NCBI GenBank assembly: GCA_963677895.2
Contig: CAXXGJ010000017.1
Span: 1 to 64,000, forward strand
Length of the DNA: 64,000 bases
Reading direction: 5' to 3'
From: Treponemataceae bacterium
GTDB lineage: Bacteria > Spirochaetota > Spirochaetia > Treponematales > Rectinemataceae
Shown: one piece after another, positions 36,470 through 46,573 of the stretch
How the letters are laid out: each line of letters begins with the position of its first letter
Position numbering within the stretch: position 1 is the stretch's first letter
Program-made: the position numbers and the translations under genes
Notes under the pieces: generated by a model
Told to the model about the DNA's origin: nothing
What the model saw: only the letters and a program-made list of their open reading frames with translations
The model's database searches: none

Positions 36470-39400
36470 ACGCCGTCATCGACCTCGGAGACCTCCGGAA
36501 AAAAGGATTGTCCCATATCGTCAACGGAACACCCTGGATATCGGTAGGATTGGGTACCTGCGGCATCGGCAACGGAGCCGATGAAGTATTCGCCGCCATA
36601 GAAGAGTCTATCAAGAGCACGAAAATCGCCGCCAAGGCGAGGCGCGTGGGCTGTTTCGGTTTCTGCGCGGCCGAACCTGTTGTCATGGCCTATCGCCCGG
36701 GAAAACCCCTTCTCATGTTCGCCGACGTAAAGGCCTCGAAGGCGCTTCTCCTCGTGAAAGGCCTGGCCGACGATGCCGCCTTCGAGAAGATCGCCAAGCT
36801 GGCCGAAGCCAAGATAGAGTCCTGGGATTTCAGGACTCATACCGTGACCTTCGGGCAAGGCTTCCCCTTCCTTCCGACATGGAAGGAGCTGGCCTTTTTC
36901 AAGGGACAGGAAAAGTTGGTTCTCAGGGACTGCGGTCTCATCGATCCCGAGCAGATCGAGGAATATATTGGGGTGGGAGGCTACACCGGCCTCCTCAAGG
37001 CCCTCACCACCATGACGCCCGATTCGATAATCGAGGAAGTAAAAAAATCCGGTCTTCGCGGACGAGGCGGGGCGGGCTTCCCGACTTGGAAGAAATGGCG
37101 GATCATGCGGGACAACGCCCTGGCCAATCCCGGGGAAACCTACGTCATATGCAACGCCGACGAAGGCGACCCTGGCGCCTACATGAACAGGAACGAGATA
37201 GAATCCGATCCCCATATGCTCCTCGAAGGGATCATCACCGGGGCATACGCCATGGGCGCTACGCAGGGCATCGTCTACGTGCGCGCCGAATACCCGCTGG
37301 CCGTGCAGCGTCTCACGAAGGCGCTCGAGCAGGCGAGAAAAGCGGGCTTGCTCGGCAAGAATATACTGGGAAGCAAGTTCAATTTCGACATCGATATCGT
37401 GACAGGCGCGGGCGCCTTTGTCTGCGGCGAGGAAACCGCTCTAATCGCCTCCATCGAGGGCAAGGCTGGACGTCCCGCTCCCAGGCCGCCCTTCCCCGCC
37501 CAAAAAGGGCTTTACGGCAGGCCTACGACCATCGGCAACGTGGAATCCTGGTGCAATGTGCCGGTCATCGTCGCCCGGGGCGGAGAGTATTTCGCCGCGA
37601 TCGGAACGCCCCTGAGCACCGGCACCAAGGTATTTTCCTTTGTCGGCAAGGTGCGCAACACCGGTCTCGTGGAGCTGCCACTGGGCTCCACGCTCGAAAG
37701 CGCCGTGTACGGCATGTGCGAGGGCATGGGTCCGAAGAAGAAGATCAAGGGGCTCCAGTCTGGCGGCCCGTCAGGCGGCTGCATTCCCGCCTCGCTCTTC
37801 AAGACGCCGATCGACTACGAACATCTGACCGAACTGGGCGCCATCATGGGCTCGGGCGGCATGGTCGTCATGGATCAGGACAACTGCATGGTCGACGTGG
37901 CACGCTATTTCATCAGCTTCACCGCGAGCGAGTCCTGCGGCAAATGCACGCCCTGCCGGGAAGGCACGGCCCAGATGCTCAACATTCTGCAGGGCGTGGC
38001 GGACGGCGAGGCGAGCGAGCAGGATCTCAAGACGCTGGAGGCTCTGGCTCTCTCCGTGAAGGACTCCGCGCTCTGCGGACTCGGTCAGACCGCGGCCAAT
38101 CCCGTGCTCACTACCCTGAAGTATTTCCGTGACGAATACATCCAACACATCAAGGCCAAGCGATGCCCGGCCGGCATCTGCGAAAATCTCTATGTCGCCC
38201 TCTGCGAATCCTCCTGTCCGCTGCATATGAACATCCCCGGTTATCTGCAGCTGCTCAAGGAAAACAGGATCGAGGATGCCTTCGAGCTCACCCTCCGCGA
38301 GAATCCGCTGCCCGGTTCCCTCGGCCGCATCTGCCATTTCCACTGCAGGATGCGCTGCAGGCGCGACATGCTCGACGAGCCGGTGTCCCAGGGTGAAATC
38401 CATCGCTACCTCGCCGATTCCATGTACAAAATGGGAAGGGAAAAATCGATCTACAACAGGCTCATCAAGGAAAAGCTGCCTCCCACCGGAAAAAAGATAG
38501 CCATCGTCGGCGCCGGTCCCGCGGGTCTCGCGGCGGCCTTCTGGCTTTCGCGGCTCGGTCATGAGGTGACAGTCTACGACGCTGAAAGCGAGGCCGGCGG
38601 CGTGCTCAGATGGGGAATTCCCTCCTATCGCCTCCCCAAGGACGTGCTGAAGAAAGAAATTTCCTTTATCCAGAAGCTGGGCGCGCGCTTTATCTTCAAT
38701 ACGAGAATGGAGACGAAGGAACAATGGCAGAGGCTTCTCGACGCCTCCGACGCCGTCATCATCGCCGCGGGAGCCGGAAGCGAGATAAGCCTCAACATCC
38801 CCGGGGAAAACCTGAAAGGCGTCATACCCGCGAGCGAACTGCTCAAGAATATCAGCGAAGGCCAGAAGCCCAAAATCGGCAGCGAAGTGATTGTCGTGGG
38901 CGGCGGAAACTCGGCGATCGACGCGGCTAGGTCCGCGCTGAGGCTCGGCGCCCATGTCACGCTCGTGTACAGAAGGGCTCGCTCCGATATGCCAGCCAAC
39001 GTCGAGGAACTTACCGGCGCGCTGGAAGAAGGCGTTTCGCTCACCTGCATGACGCAGCCCGTCGAAGTGCTGGGCAACGGAAACGCGCAGAATCCCAAGG
39101 CCAAGGCGCTCAAGGTCCAGAGAATGAAGGCCGGCCCCGTGGATTCCTCGGGCCGCCCCAGACCGGTGCCCACCGACGATTTCTACGAGATTCCCTGCGA
39201 CTCGATCATCGTCGCCATCGGCGAGAAGGTGAACATTGCGGGTCTGGATGCCATCGATGTAAGCGTGGAGCGGGACGGCCGCCTCAAGGCCGATCCCTAT
39301 TCGCTGCGTTCCGCCAATCCCAAGGTGATTGTCTGCGGCGACGCGGCGATGGGGCCCGCGACAGCGGCCGAAGCCATGGGGCAGGCGCGAATCGCCGCCG

Positions 39401-39666
39401 AATCGCTCGACGAGACGCTCACCGGCGAAAAACGCTTCCAGAAATTGTTCAGGTCCTTCGAATACAAGATGCAAGTGCCGAACAAGCTCACCAAGGCCAA
39501 GATGACCAGGGCGGTATTCATACCGGTGGATGCCCGCAAGAGCAACTTCATGGAAATTTCCCTCGGTTACACGGGCGAGCAGGCGCGGATCGAAGCCGAA
39601 CGCTGCTTGCGCTGCGATGTTCGCGATCGGAAGCGCCAGACCTACAGCGCTCCGCTGGAAGAATAA
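36466..39666 (+). CDS. NuoF-like FMN/NADH subunit (HydB) fused to a GltD-like FAD/NAD(P)H module
   Basis: SGLRGRGGAGFPT, NADEGDPGA, CGEETAL, GGPSGG, ESCGKCTPCREG; then CESSCP, GRIC...C...C, GAGPAG, GGGNSAIDAAR, VYRR, EAERCLRC. Confidence 0.93.
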   Translation: MNAVIDLGDLRKKGLSHIVNGTPWISVGLGTCGIGNGADEVFAAIEESIKSTKIAAKARRVGCFGFCAAEPVVMAYRPGKPLLMFADVKASKALLLVKGLADDAAFEKIAKLAEAKIESWDFRTHTVTFGQGFPFLPTWKELAFFKGQEKLVLRDCGLIDPEQIEEYIGVGGYTGLLKALTTMTPDSIIEEVKKSGLRGRGGAGFPTWKKWRIMRDNALANPGETYVICNADEGDPGAYMNRNEIESDPHMLLEGIITGAYAMGATQGIVYVRAEYPLAVQRLTKALEQARKAGLLGKNILGSKFNFDIDIVTGAGAFVCGEETALIASIEGKAGRPAPRPPFPAQKGLYGRPTTIGNVESWCNVPVIVARGGEYFAAIGTPLSTGTKVFSFVGKVRNTGLVELPLGSTLESAVYGMCEGMGPKKKIKGLQSGGPSGGCIPASLFKTPIDYEHLTELGAIMGSGGMVVMDQDNCMVDVARYFISFTASESCGKCTPCREGTAQMLNILQGVADGEASEQDLKTLEALALSVKDSALCGLGQTAANPVLTTLKYFRDEYIQHIKAKRCPAGICENLYVALCESSCPLHMNIPGYLQLLKENRIEDAFELTLRENPLPGSLGRICHFHCRMRCRRDMLDEPVSQGEIHRYLADSMYKMGREKSIYNRLIKEKLPPTGKKIAIVGAGPAGLAAAFWLSRLGHEVTVYDAESEAGGVLRWGIPSYRLPKDVLKKEISFIQKLGARFIFNTRMETKEQWQRLLDASDAVIIAAGAGSEISLNIPGENLKGVIPASELLKNISEGQKPKIGSEVIVVGGGNSAIDAARSALRLGAHVTLVYRRARSDMPANVEELTGALEEGVSLTCMTQPVEVLGNGNAQNPKAKALKVQRMKAGPVDSSGRPRPVPTDDFYEIPCDSIIVAIGEKVNIAGLDAIDVSVERDGRLKADPYSLRSANPKVIVCGDAAMGPATAAEAMGQARIAAESLDETLTGEKRFQKLFRSFEYKMQVPNKLTKAKMTRAVFIPVDARKSNFMEISLGYTGEQARIEAERCLRCDVRDRKRQTYSAPLEE

Positions 39667-39678
39667 AGGGGGAATGCC

Positions 39679-41460
39679 ATGGAAACCAAAAATATAGCGA
39701 TTACCGTCGACGGACACAGCCTTGAAGTGGACCCCGAACAGACCCTCATCGAGGCCTGCGCCAAGGCAGGGGTAAAGATTCCGACGCTCTGCTACATGAA
39801 GGATATATCGTCCAACGCGTCCTGCGGCGTATGCGTCGTCGAAGTCGAAGGCGCCAAATCGCTCATCAGATCCTGTGTCCAGAAGCCGATGCCGGGAATG
39901 AAGATACACACGGCCAGTGCCAGGGTGATAAATGCCCGCAGGACGGCCATTGAGCTTCTCCTGGCCAATCATCCGACGGATTGTCTTTCCTGCATACGAT
40001 CGGGAACCTGCGAGCTGCGGACGCTTTCGGAGTCGCTCGGCGTTCGCGCCTCCCATTTTCCCAAGCTCAAGAAATATCCGCAGCCCGACAATTCCTCGGA
40101 TGGCCTCGTGCGCGACGACTCCAAGTGCATACTCTGCGGGCGCTGCGTGGCCGTTTGCGCCGAAGTCCAGTCCGTTCACGCGATCGCCTTCGCTGGACGC
40201 GGCGCGAGAACGCGCGTCAGCACCTTCATGGACAGGGGACTGGCGTATAGCCCCTGCGTCCAGTGCGGCCAATGTTCGGTCGTCTGTCCCACCGCCGCGA
40301 TTTCGGAAAGAGACCAGTCCCAGGAGGTTCTCGGGGCGCTAGCGGCACCAGGTCTCAATATGGTGGTCCAGACGGCTCCCGCGATCCGCGCCTCCCTCGG
40401 CGAAGCCTTGGGGATGCCTCCGGGAAGTCTCGTCACAGGCAAGATGGTTGCCGCGCTGCGGCGCCTCGGATTCTCCAAGGTATTCGACACCCAGTTCACC
40501 GCCGACCTCACCATCATGGAAGAGGGCACGGAACTCATCAACAGGATCAAGGGCGGCGGCACCCTGCCGATGATCACCTCCTGCTCGCCCGGGTGGATCA
40601 ACTTCATCGAGACATTCTATCCGAGCCTCCTGCCCCATCTTTCCACGTGCAAGAGTCCCCAGCAGATGTTCGGCGCGGTGGCCAAGACCTTCTATTCCGA
40701 AAAAGCCGGAATATCCCCGGAATCCATGCGCGTGGTCTCCATCATGCCCTGCACGGCCAAAAAGGGCGAAACGAAGCGGAACGGAATGGATTCGGCGTAC
40801 ACCTGGTGGAACGAAAAAGCCGGAATAAAACCCGGGGCGAAAAAGCCTGTTCATTACCAGGATGTCGACTGGGCGCTCACGACCAGGGAATTGGCGAGAA
40901 TGATACGCCTCGCCGGCATCGAGATAGCCTCCCTGCCCGAGGAAGAATTCGACAGTCCTCTGGGAACGTCAACGGGAGCGGCCACCATCTTCGGCACGAC
41001 GGGCGGCGTCATGGAAGCGGCCTTACGGACCGTCTACGAAATCCTCGAGGGCAAACCCCTGCCCAGAACCGACTTCACGCCCGTCAGAGGGCTGCAGGGC
41101 ATAAAGACGGCCGAAGTGCCTGCGGCTGGGATGAAGATTCGCGTAGCCGTGGCCCACGGCCTGAAAAACGCCCGCGTCATCCTCGACGAAATGGCCGCGG
41201 GGAAAAGTCCTTACCATTTCATCGAGGTGATGTCCTGCCCCGGCGGATGCATCGGCGGAGGCGGCCAGCCCGTTCTCCCCGACATGGACAAGAAGCTTGC
41301 GCGCAATCTCTCGCTCTATGCCGAGGATCTCAGGCTCCCCGAGCGAAAGTCCCACCTGAATCTGGAAGTGAGCGCCCTCTACAAGGAATTCCTGGGAAAT
41401 CCTGCGGGGCACTTATCGCATGAACTGCTGCATACAACCTATGCGGCCAGGAATTTCTAG
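39679..41460 (+). CDS. Group A [FeFe]-hydrogenase catalytic subunit (HydA) with [2Fe-2S], His-ligated [4Fe-4S] and 2x[4Fe-4S] domains
   Basis: H-cluster motifs TSCSPGW, MPCTAKKGE, EVMSCPGGCIGGGGQP; HPTDCLSC; CILCGRC, CVQCGQC. Confidence 0.96.
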   Translation: METKNIAITVDGHSLEVDPEQTLIEACAKAGVKIPTLCYMKDISSNASCGVCVVEVEGAKSLIRSCVQKPMPGMKIHTASARVINARRTAIELLLANHPTDCLSCIRSGTCELRTLSESLGVRASHFPKLKKYPQPDNSSDGLVRDDSKCILCGRCVAVCAEVQSVHAIAFAGRGARTRVSTFMDRGLAYSPCVQCGQCSVVCPTAAISERDQSQEVLGALAAPGLNMVVQTAPAIRASLGEALGMPPGSLVTGKMVAALRRLGFSKVFDTQFTADLTIMEEGTELINRIKGGGTLPMITSCSPGWINFIETFYPSLLPHLSTCKSPQQMFGAVAKTFYSEKAGISPESMRVVSIMPCTAKKGETKRNGMDSAYTWWNEKAGIKPGAKKPVHYQDVDWALTTRELARMIRLAGIEIASLPEEEFDSPLGTSTGAATIFGTTGGVMEAALRTVYEILEGKPLPRTDFTPVRGLQGIKTAEVPAAGMKIRVAVAHGLKNARVILDEMAAGKSPYHFIEVMSCPGGCIGGGGQPVLPDMDKKLARNLSLYAEDLRLPERKSHLNLEVSALYKEFLGNPAGHLSHELLHTTYAARNF

Positions 41461-41504
41461 GGTTTCTCGCCTATGTCGATTTCCGGATGTTTCATGATTG
41501 TGTT

Positions 41505-41541
41505 GACGAGGGCGTCCCGCGAAAAGCGGGACGCCCTCGTC
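41505..41541. terminator. Perfect 16-bp stem-loop after the hydrogenase operon
   Basis: GACGAGGGCGTCCCGC-GAAAA-GCGGGACGCCCTCGTC; no clear U tract. Confidence 0.6.
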
Positions 41542-41596
41542 CTATATTCCAGAGCCTTCTCTGGACAAAAGCCCGCCGGCAAGGTACTACAATAAC

Positions 41597-42292
41597 GTGC
41601 GAATAAAAGCGGTCGGCTTCGACCTGGACGGGACATTGTATCCAGCATGGCTTATGTACGCGGTTTCCGCCGACATCGGAATGCTGCATCCCAGGCTGCT
41701 CGGCGCCTATGGCGCGGCTCGCAGGGCCTTGCGGGCGCGGGATTCGTCGGGGATGCCGGGAACCATCGATCCGGGAAACGAGGAACTCATCTCCCAAGCC
41801 TTCAGGAAACGCCAGGCTTCAATGATAGCCAGGAATCTCGGCGCCAATACGGACAGCGTGGCCGTTTCCATCGAAACATTGATATATTCGACCATAGAGA
41901 AGAGATTCAGGTTTATCAGGCCTTATAGAGGCGTCGCCGCCTGTCTGCGGACACTCCATCAATCCGGGCTTCGTCTCGGCCTTCTGTCAGACCTGCCGCC
42001 GTCACAAAAAATCAAGCTGCTGGGCTTTTCCGGAATTTTCGATTCCATACTCTGCTCCGAGGATTCCGGAGCGCTCAAGCCGGACCCTCGTCCTTTTTTG
42101 GCCCTCGCCGCCGATATGGGCGTCGAACCGGAATCCATTTTATATGTAGGCAACAAGCATGACTACGACATCATGGGCGCCAGAGCCGCCGGCATGAAGA
42201 CAGCCCTCATCGGGAGGGGAAAAGACGCCGATGCCGATTTTACCTTCAGACGCTGGGATGCCTTAACGCAATGGGTTCTCGCCCGTATTTAA
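41597..42292 (+). CDS. HAD-superfamily hydrolase
   Basis: FDLDGTLY, LLSD, KPDP, YVGNKHDYDIMGARAAGM. Confidence 0.9.
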   Translation: MRIKAVGFDLDGTLYPAWLMYAVSADIGMLHPRLLGAYGAARRALRARDSSGMPGTIDPGNEELISQAFRKRQASMIARNLGANTDSVAVSIETLIYSTIEKRFRFIRPYRGVAACLRTLHQSGLRLGLLSDLPPSQKIKLLGFSGIFDSILCSEDSGALKPDPRPFLALAADMGVEPESILYVGNKHDYDIMGARAAGMKTALIGRGKDADADFTFRRWDALTQWVLARI

Positions 42293-42300
42293 ACCATTTG

Positions 42301-43095
42301 TCATATCCTGTATATGTCCCCGTTCCTGGCAAACCGCAGCCTGCCGTTTTCGGGCGGCGCCGCGCTGAAATGCGTAGCGACGAGCTGGGTGCCGGGGGAC
42401 AATAAAGGCAGCACGCGCGCTTCGATCTCCGCCGGGCTCAAATGCACTTCGCCCTCCCAGGGCCGCCCCTCGGCATCCGTCCCGCCTTCAGGGTCCATGG
42501 CGCCTCTGCCGCCGGAGTCGCAAAGCACGAGACGCCCGCCCATGGACAGGAGGGCCTCGAGGCGAGGACTCCATTTCGTGTCGGAGGTCGCGATGAAAAG
42601 CGGCGCCTCTTCCGCCTCTCTGCCGATGCGTATCGAATACGTGAGGGGAGAATGTTCGGCCTTGAAAAATTCGAGCCAGAGCCCGCCAGCCGCCTTCATC
42701 CTTCCGCCTTCTTTTATTTCGGCCGCTTCCAGGGCCGAGAGACTCCATTCCACATAAGGGTGCTCGGGCGAAATGGCCAAGCCAAGAATCATTCTCATCC
42801 ATTCCCGCAGTCCCGATGGCGCGATGAGCTTCAACGGAGCGGCTTCGCGCCCGCCCTGGCCCTCGTTTCGCGTCAGGTAAAGATTGAAAAGCAGAAACGG
42901 CAGGCCGAAACAATGGTCGCCGTGGAAATGCGTGATGACGATAGTATCGATGTCGGATAAAGCGACCTTTTCGCGCATGAGGGACTGGAGTATGTCGGGA
43001 GGGGCTTCGACGAGCAGGTGACCGTCGACCAGGCAGGAATTGAAGGGCAAGCCTTCGTTTTCGAATCCGCCCACGCCAAGAATCTTCACTTCCAT
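42301..43095 (-). CDS. Metallo-beta-lactamase-fold hydrolase (RNase Z-like)
   Basis: ITHFHGDH, SDT, VHLS, ATH. Confidence 0.8.
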   Translation of the reverse strand: MEVKILGVGGFENEGLPFNSCLVDGHLLVEAPPDILQSLMREKVALSDIDTIVITHFHGDHCFGLPFLLFNLYLTRNEGQGGREAAPLKLIAPSGLREWMRMILGLAISPEHPYVEWSLSALEAAEIKEGGRMKAAGGLWLEFFKAEHSPLTYSIRIGREAEEAPLFIATSDTKWSPRLEALLSMGGRLVLCDSGGRGAMDPEGGTDAEGRPWEGEVHLSPAEIEARVLPLLSPGTQLVATHFSAAPPENGRLRFARNGDIYRI

Positions 43096-43122
43096 GTCAA
43101 CTCCGTTAGTCTCGCTGGCGAG

Positions 43123-46100
43123 CTAGTCTCGCCACACCTCCGCGACGAATGGCTGGGTCTTCAGGTATTCCACATCCTTGTCGAGAGCTGAGCAGGAAAT
43201 ATGGGCTCCCGCCCGCACGATGGCTTCCCCGCCTTTATCCTTGAGTGGAATGTGAAAGGTCAGCGAACAAGACCCCGGAAGTGAATATATCGCATCGCGC
43301 AGCTCGATCATGGTTTCCTCATCGTACCTGCTGCCATTCTCCACCGAAGTGAGGCGAATGTGCAGTTCCCGCCAGGACTTTTCCTTCAGGGAAGCCGGAT
43401 CGAGGAGTTCCTTCACCTGGAGCGAGGGCTTCCCCCGCGATCCGTCGAAGGTTCCCTTTATGCAGTAGACGCGATCGGTGGCCAGCTGGGAACGCAGCAG
43501 CTCAAGCGCATCGGGAAAAACCACTATCTCGATGGAGCCGGAATAATCCTCCAGAAGGCCAAATGCCATCTTCCGCCCGGCTTTGGTAATAATCTCCCTG
43601 AACTCCATCATCATGGCCACGACGATATATTCCTTGTCCTGGGTGGCGTGTTCGAGGTGGGCGAGATCGAGGGATGAGGAGCGTTCCCATATCTGCCTAT
43701 ATTCATCCATGGGATGGCCGGTAAAATAGAAACCGAGGAGTGCCTTCTCGAAATCCAGCATTTCCTGGCGGCCGTATTCCTCGCAGGGCTCCATGTTGAA
43801 GGGCGGGAACACCGTCTCGTCCCCTGAATCGAAGAGGCTGCCCTGCCGCGAGGATTCGTGCTCCATCTTGGAAGAAACCCAGTCCAGGGCGCGCTCCAGG
43901 TTGAGCATCAGTTCCTTCCGCTTACATCCCAGCGAATCGAAGCAGCCCGCATGAATCAAGGATTCCAGTATTTTCTTGTTGAGTCCAACGCTGGACATGC
44001 GCGACAGGAAATCGACGAAGTCGGAGAACGGGCCTTTGTCCTTCCTTTCGTTCATTATGGCGTTGGCGATGCCGGCTCCCACGCCCTTTATGCCCAGGAA
44101 ACCATAGACGATTTCCCCCTTTTCCACGCTGAACATGGCTTCGGAGTAATTGATGTCGGGAGGCAGCACCTTTCTGCCCATGGCTTTGGCTTCGCTTATG
44201 TACTGCGTCAGTTTTCCCGTGTCGTTTATCTCATTGGTGAGGTTGGCCGCCATGAACTCGGCGGGGTAGTTGGCCTTGAGATAGGCGGTGCGATAGGCGA
44301 CGACGGAATAGGCCGCGGCGTGGGATTTATTGAAGCCATAGCCCGCGAAGGGGGTGAGGATGTCGAATATTTCCTCGGCTTCCTCTTTTTTGTATCCCCT
44401 TTTCAGGGCGCCTTCAATGAAGGGCGCTCTTTCCTTGGCGAGGATTTCCGGTTTTTTCTTGCCCATGGCCCTGCGGAGGAGGTCGGCTCGCCCCAGGGAA
44501 TAGCCCGCCACCTCTTGCGCCGCCTGCATTACCTGTTCCTGGTAGACGATGACGCCGTAGGTCGCCTTGAGGTATTTCTCGAGGGAGGGATGGGGATAGG
44601 TTATGGGTATCTTTCCGGTCTTGGAATCGATGTACTTGTCGATGAAATCCATCGGGCCTGGCCGGTAGAGGGCGTTCAGGGCTATCAAATCCTCGATCGT
44701 GTTCGGCTTGGCCCTTTTCAGGATGTTCTGCATGCCCGAGGATTCGAATTGGAATATGGAGGTGCTCTTGCCTTCGCCGAGGAGCTGGAAGGTCTTCCTG
44801 TCGTCCTCGGGGATAGCCTCTTCCTTGAGTTCGATGCCTCGTTTCTTTATGAGGTTGAGCGTGTTCTTGATCAGCGTCAGGGTCTTGAGTCCCAGGAAGT
44901 CCATCTTGACCAGGCCGCAGTTCTCCAGATAGTCCATCGTATACTGCGTCGAAATGTTGCCGGTCTTGGGATCCTTGTAGAGCGGGACGAAGTCCGTGAG
45001 GACGGATTTCCCGATGACGATGCCAGCCGCGTGTATGGAACTGTGCCTGTGCAGGTTTTCCAGCCTCAATCCGATCTTGAAGAGTTCCTGGTAGCGCGGG
45101 TCGTTGGCCAGGGTCTGGAGTTTCGGCTCCATCTCGAAGGCCGTCTCCAGGGTCATGTGGGGGTCTTCGGGGATAAGCTTGGCTATGTTGTTCGCGTCTT
45201 CAAAGGAGATATCGAGGGCGCGCGACACGTCCTTTATGACGGCCTTGGCCTTCAGGGTTCCGAAGGTGATGATCTGCCCCACCCTGTCCACGCCGTATTT
45301 CCGCGTGACGTACTCGATCACTTCGCCGCGTCTTTCATAGCAGAAATCGATGTCGAAGTCCGGCATGGATATTCGTTCCGGGTTGAGGAAGCGCTCGAAG
45401 AGGAGATCGAACTTCAGAGGATCGATATCGGTGATCCTGAGGGCGTAGGCCACGATCGAGCCGGCGCCCGATCCGCGGCCGGGTCCGACAGGTATGTCGT
45501 GCTGCTTGGCCCAGTCGATGAAGTCCCAGACAATGAGGTAATAACCGGTGAAGCCCATCTTGATGATGACCGAAAGCTCATATTCGGCCCTGTCCCGGAT
45601 CGTCTTGTCGGCGTTGGGATAGCGCCTGGAGAGGCCTTCGTAGGTAAGATGGCGCAGGTAGGCTTCGGGAGATTCGAACTCGGGCGGAATCTCGTAGTCG
45701 GGAAGCATGGGACCGGGAAAATCTATCTTGAGCTGGACCATCTCGTTGATCTTGAGGGTGTTTTCGAGCGCCTGGGGCACCTCGCCGAAGAGGGCCGCCA
45801 TTTCGTCGGCGGTTTTCAGGTAGAACTGGTTGTTGGGAAAGCGCATGCGTCCAGGCTCGTTCCGCTTGCGGTTCGTGCCCACGCAGAGAAGGATGTCCTG
45901 GGCTACCGAATCCTCCTGATTTATGTAATGAAGATCGTTCGTGGCGATGAGCGGCAGCCCCGTCCGCCTGGACATGGAAATAAGCTCGCGGTTGACGAGT
46001 TTCTGCTCCTCCAGTCCGTGATCCTGCAGTTCGAGGTAGAATCTGTCCTTTCCGAAGAGTTCCTGGTAATAGAGGACCTTTTTTTCGGCCGCGTCCCTCT

Positions 46101-46554
46101 TTCCGGAGAGAATAAGGGAGGGGATTTCCCCCGCTATGCAGGCGGTGGAGGCGATAAGTCCCTTGGAATACATCGCGAGGATTTCGTCGTCGATTCGCGG
46201 TTTGTAGTAGAAGCCCTCGGTGTAGGAAAGCGAGGTGAGCTTCATGAGGTTGCGGTAGCCTTCCTGGTTCTCGGCCAGGAGGATGAAGTGCCAATACTTA
46301 TTGCCGTTCTCGGTTCCGGTCTTTTCCCGGCGGGATCCGCCGGCCATATAGAACTCGCAGCCGATGATGGGATTCACGCCCTCTTCCCTGCAGACTTTGT
46401 TGAAAGTGAGGGCTCCGAACATATTGCCATGATCCGTTATCGCCAAGCCGGGCATTCCGTAGCGCTTGGCCGTGGCGACAAGTTCCTTGATGGGGGCGGC
46501 GCCGTCGAGGAGGGAGAAATCTGTATGGTTGTGAAGATGCACGAATTCCGACAT
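43123..46554 (-). CDS. dnaE: DNA polymerase III alpha subunit
   Basis: FVHLHNHTDFSLLDG PHP, GPGRGSGAGS, PDFDIDF, KMDFLGL, GFNKSH. Confidence 0.98.
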   Translation of the reverse strand: MSEFVHLHNHTDFSLLDGAAPIKELVATAKRYGMPGLAITDHGNMFGALTFNKVCREEGVNPIIGCEFYMAGGSRREKTGTENGNKYWHFILLAENQEGYRNLMKLTSLSYTEGFYYKPRIDDEILAMYSKGLIASTACIAGEIPSLILSGKRDAAEKKVLYYQELFGKDRFYLELQDHGLEEQKLVNRELISMSRRTGLPLIATNDLHYINQEDSVAQDILLCVGTNRKRNEPGRMRFPNNQFYLKTADEMAALFGEVPQALENTLKINEMVQLKIDFPGPMLPDYEIPPEFESPEAYLRHLTYEGLSRRYPNADKTIRDRAEYELSVIIKMGFTGYYLIVWDFIDWAKQHDIPVGPGRGSGAGSIVAYALRITDIDPLKFDLLFERFLNPERISMPDFDIDFCYERRGEVIEYVTRKYGVDRVGQIITFGTLKAKAVIKDVSRALDISFEDANNIAKLIPEDPHMTLETAFEMEPKLQTLANDPRYQELFKIGLRLENLHRHSSIHAAGIVIGKSVLTDFVPLYKDPKTGNISTQYTMDYLENCGLVKMDFLGLKTLTLIKNTLNLIKKRGIELKEEAIPEDDRKTFQLLGEGKSTSIFQFESSGMQNILKRAKPNTIEDLIALNALYRPGPMDFIDKYIDSKTGKIPITYPHPSLEKYLKATYGVIVYQEQVMQAAQEVAGYSLGRADLLRRAMGKKKPEILAKERAPFIEGALKRGYKKEEAEEIFDILTPFAGYGFNKSHAAAYSVVAYRTAYLKANYPAEFMAANLTNEINDTGKLTQYISEAKAMGRKVLPPDINYSEAMFSVEKGEIVYGFLGIKGVGAGIANAIMNERKDKGPFSDFVDFLSRMSSVGLNKKILESLIHAGCFDSLGCKRKELMLNLERALDWVSSKMEHESSRQGSLFDSGDETVFPPFNMEPCEEYGRQEMLDFEKALLGFYFTGHPMDEYRQIWERSSSLDLAHLEHATQDKEYIVVAMMMEFREIITKAGRKMAFGLLEDYSGSIEIVVFPDALELLRSQLATDRVYCIKGTFDGSRGKPSLQVKELLDPASLKEKSWRELHIRLTSVENGSRYDEETMIELRDAIYSLPGSCSLTFHIPLKDKGGEAIVRAGAHISCSALDKDVEYLKTQPFVAEVWRD

Positions 46555-46573
46555 GGCCGAAGTATAGCCTACT

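Noticed and set aside
37771..40272. 833-aa minus-strand ORF
   Set aside because: Antisense shadow of hydB/hydA with no recognisable domain.
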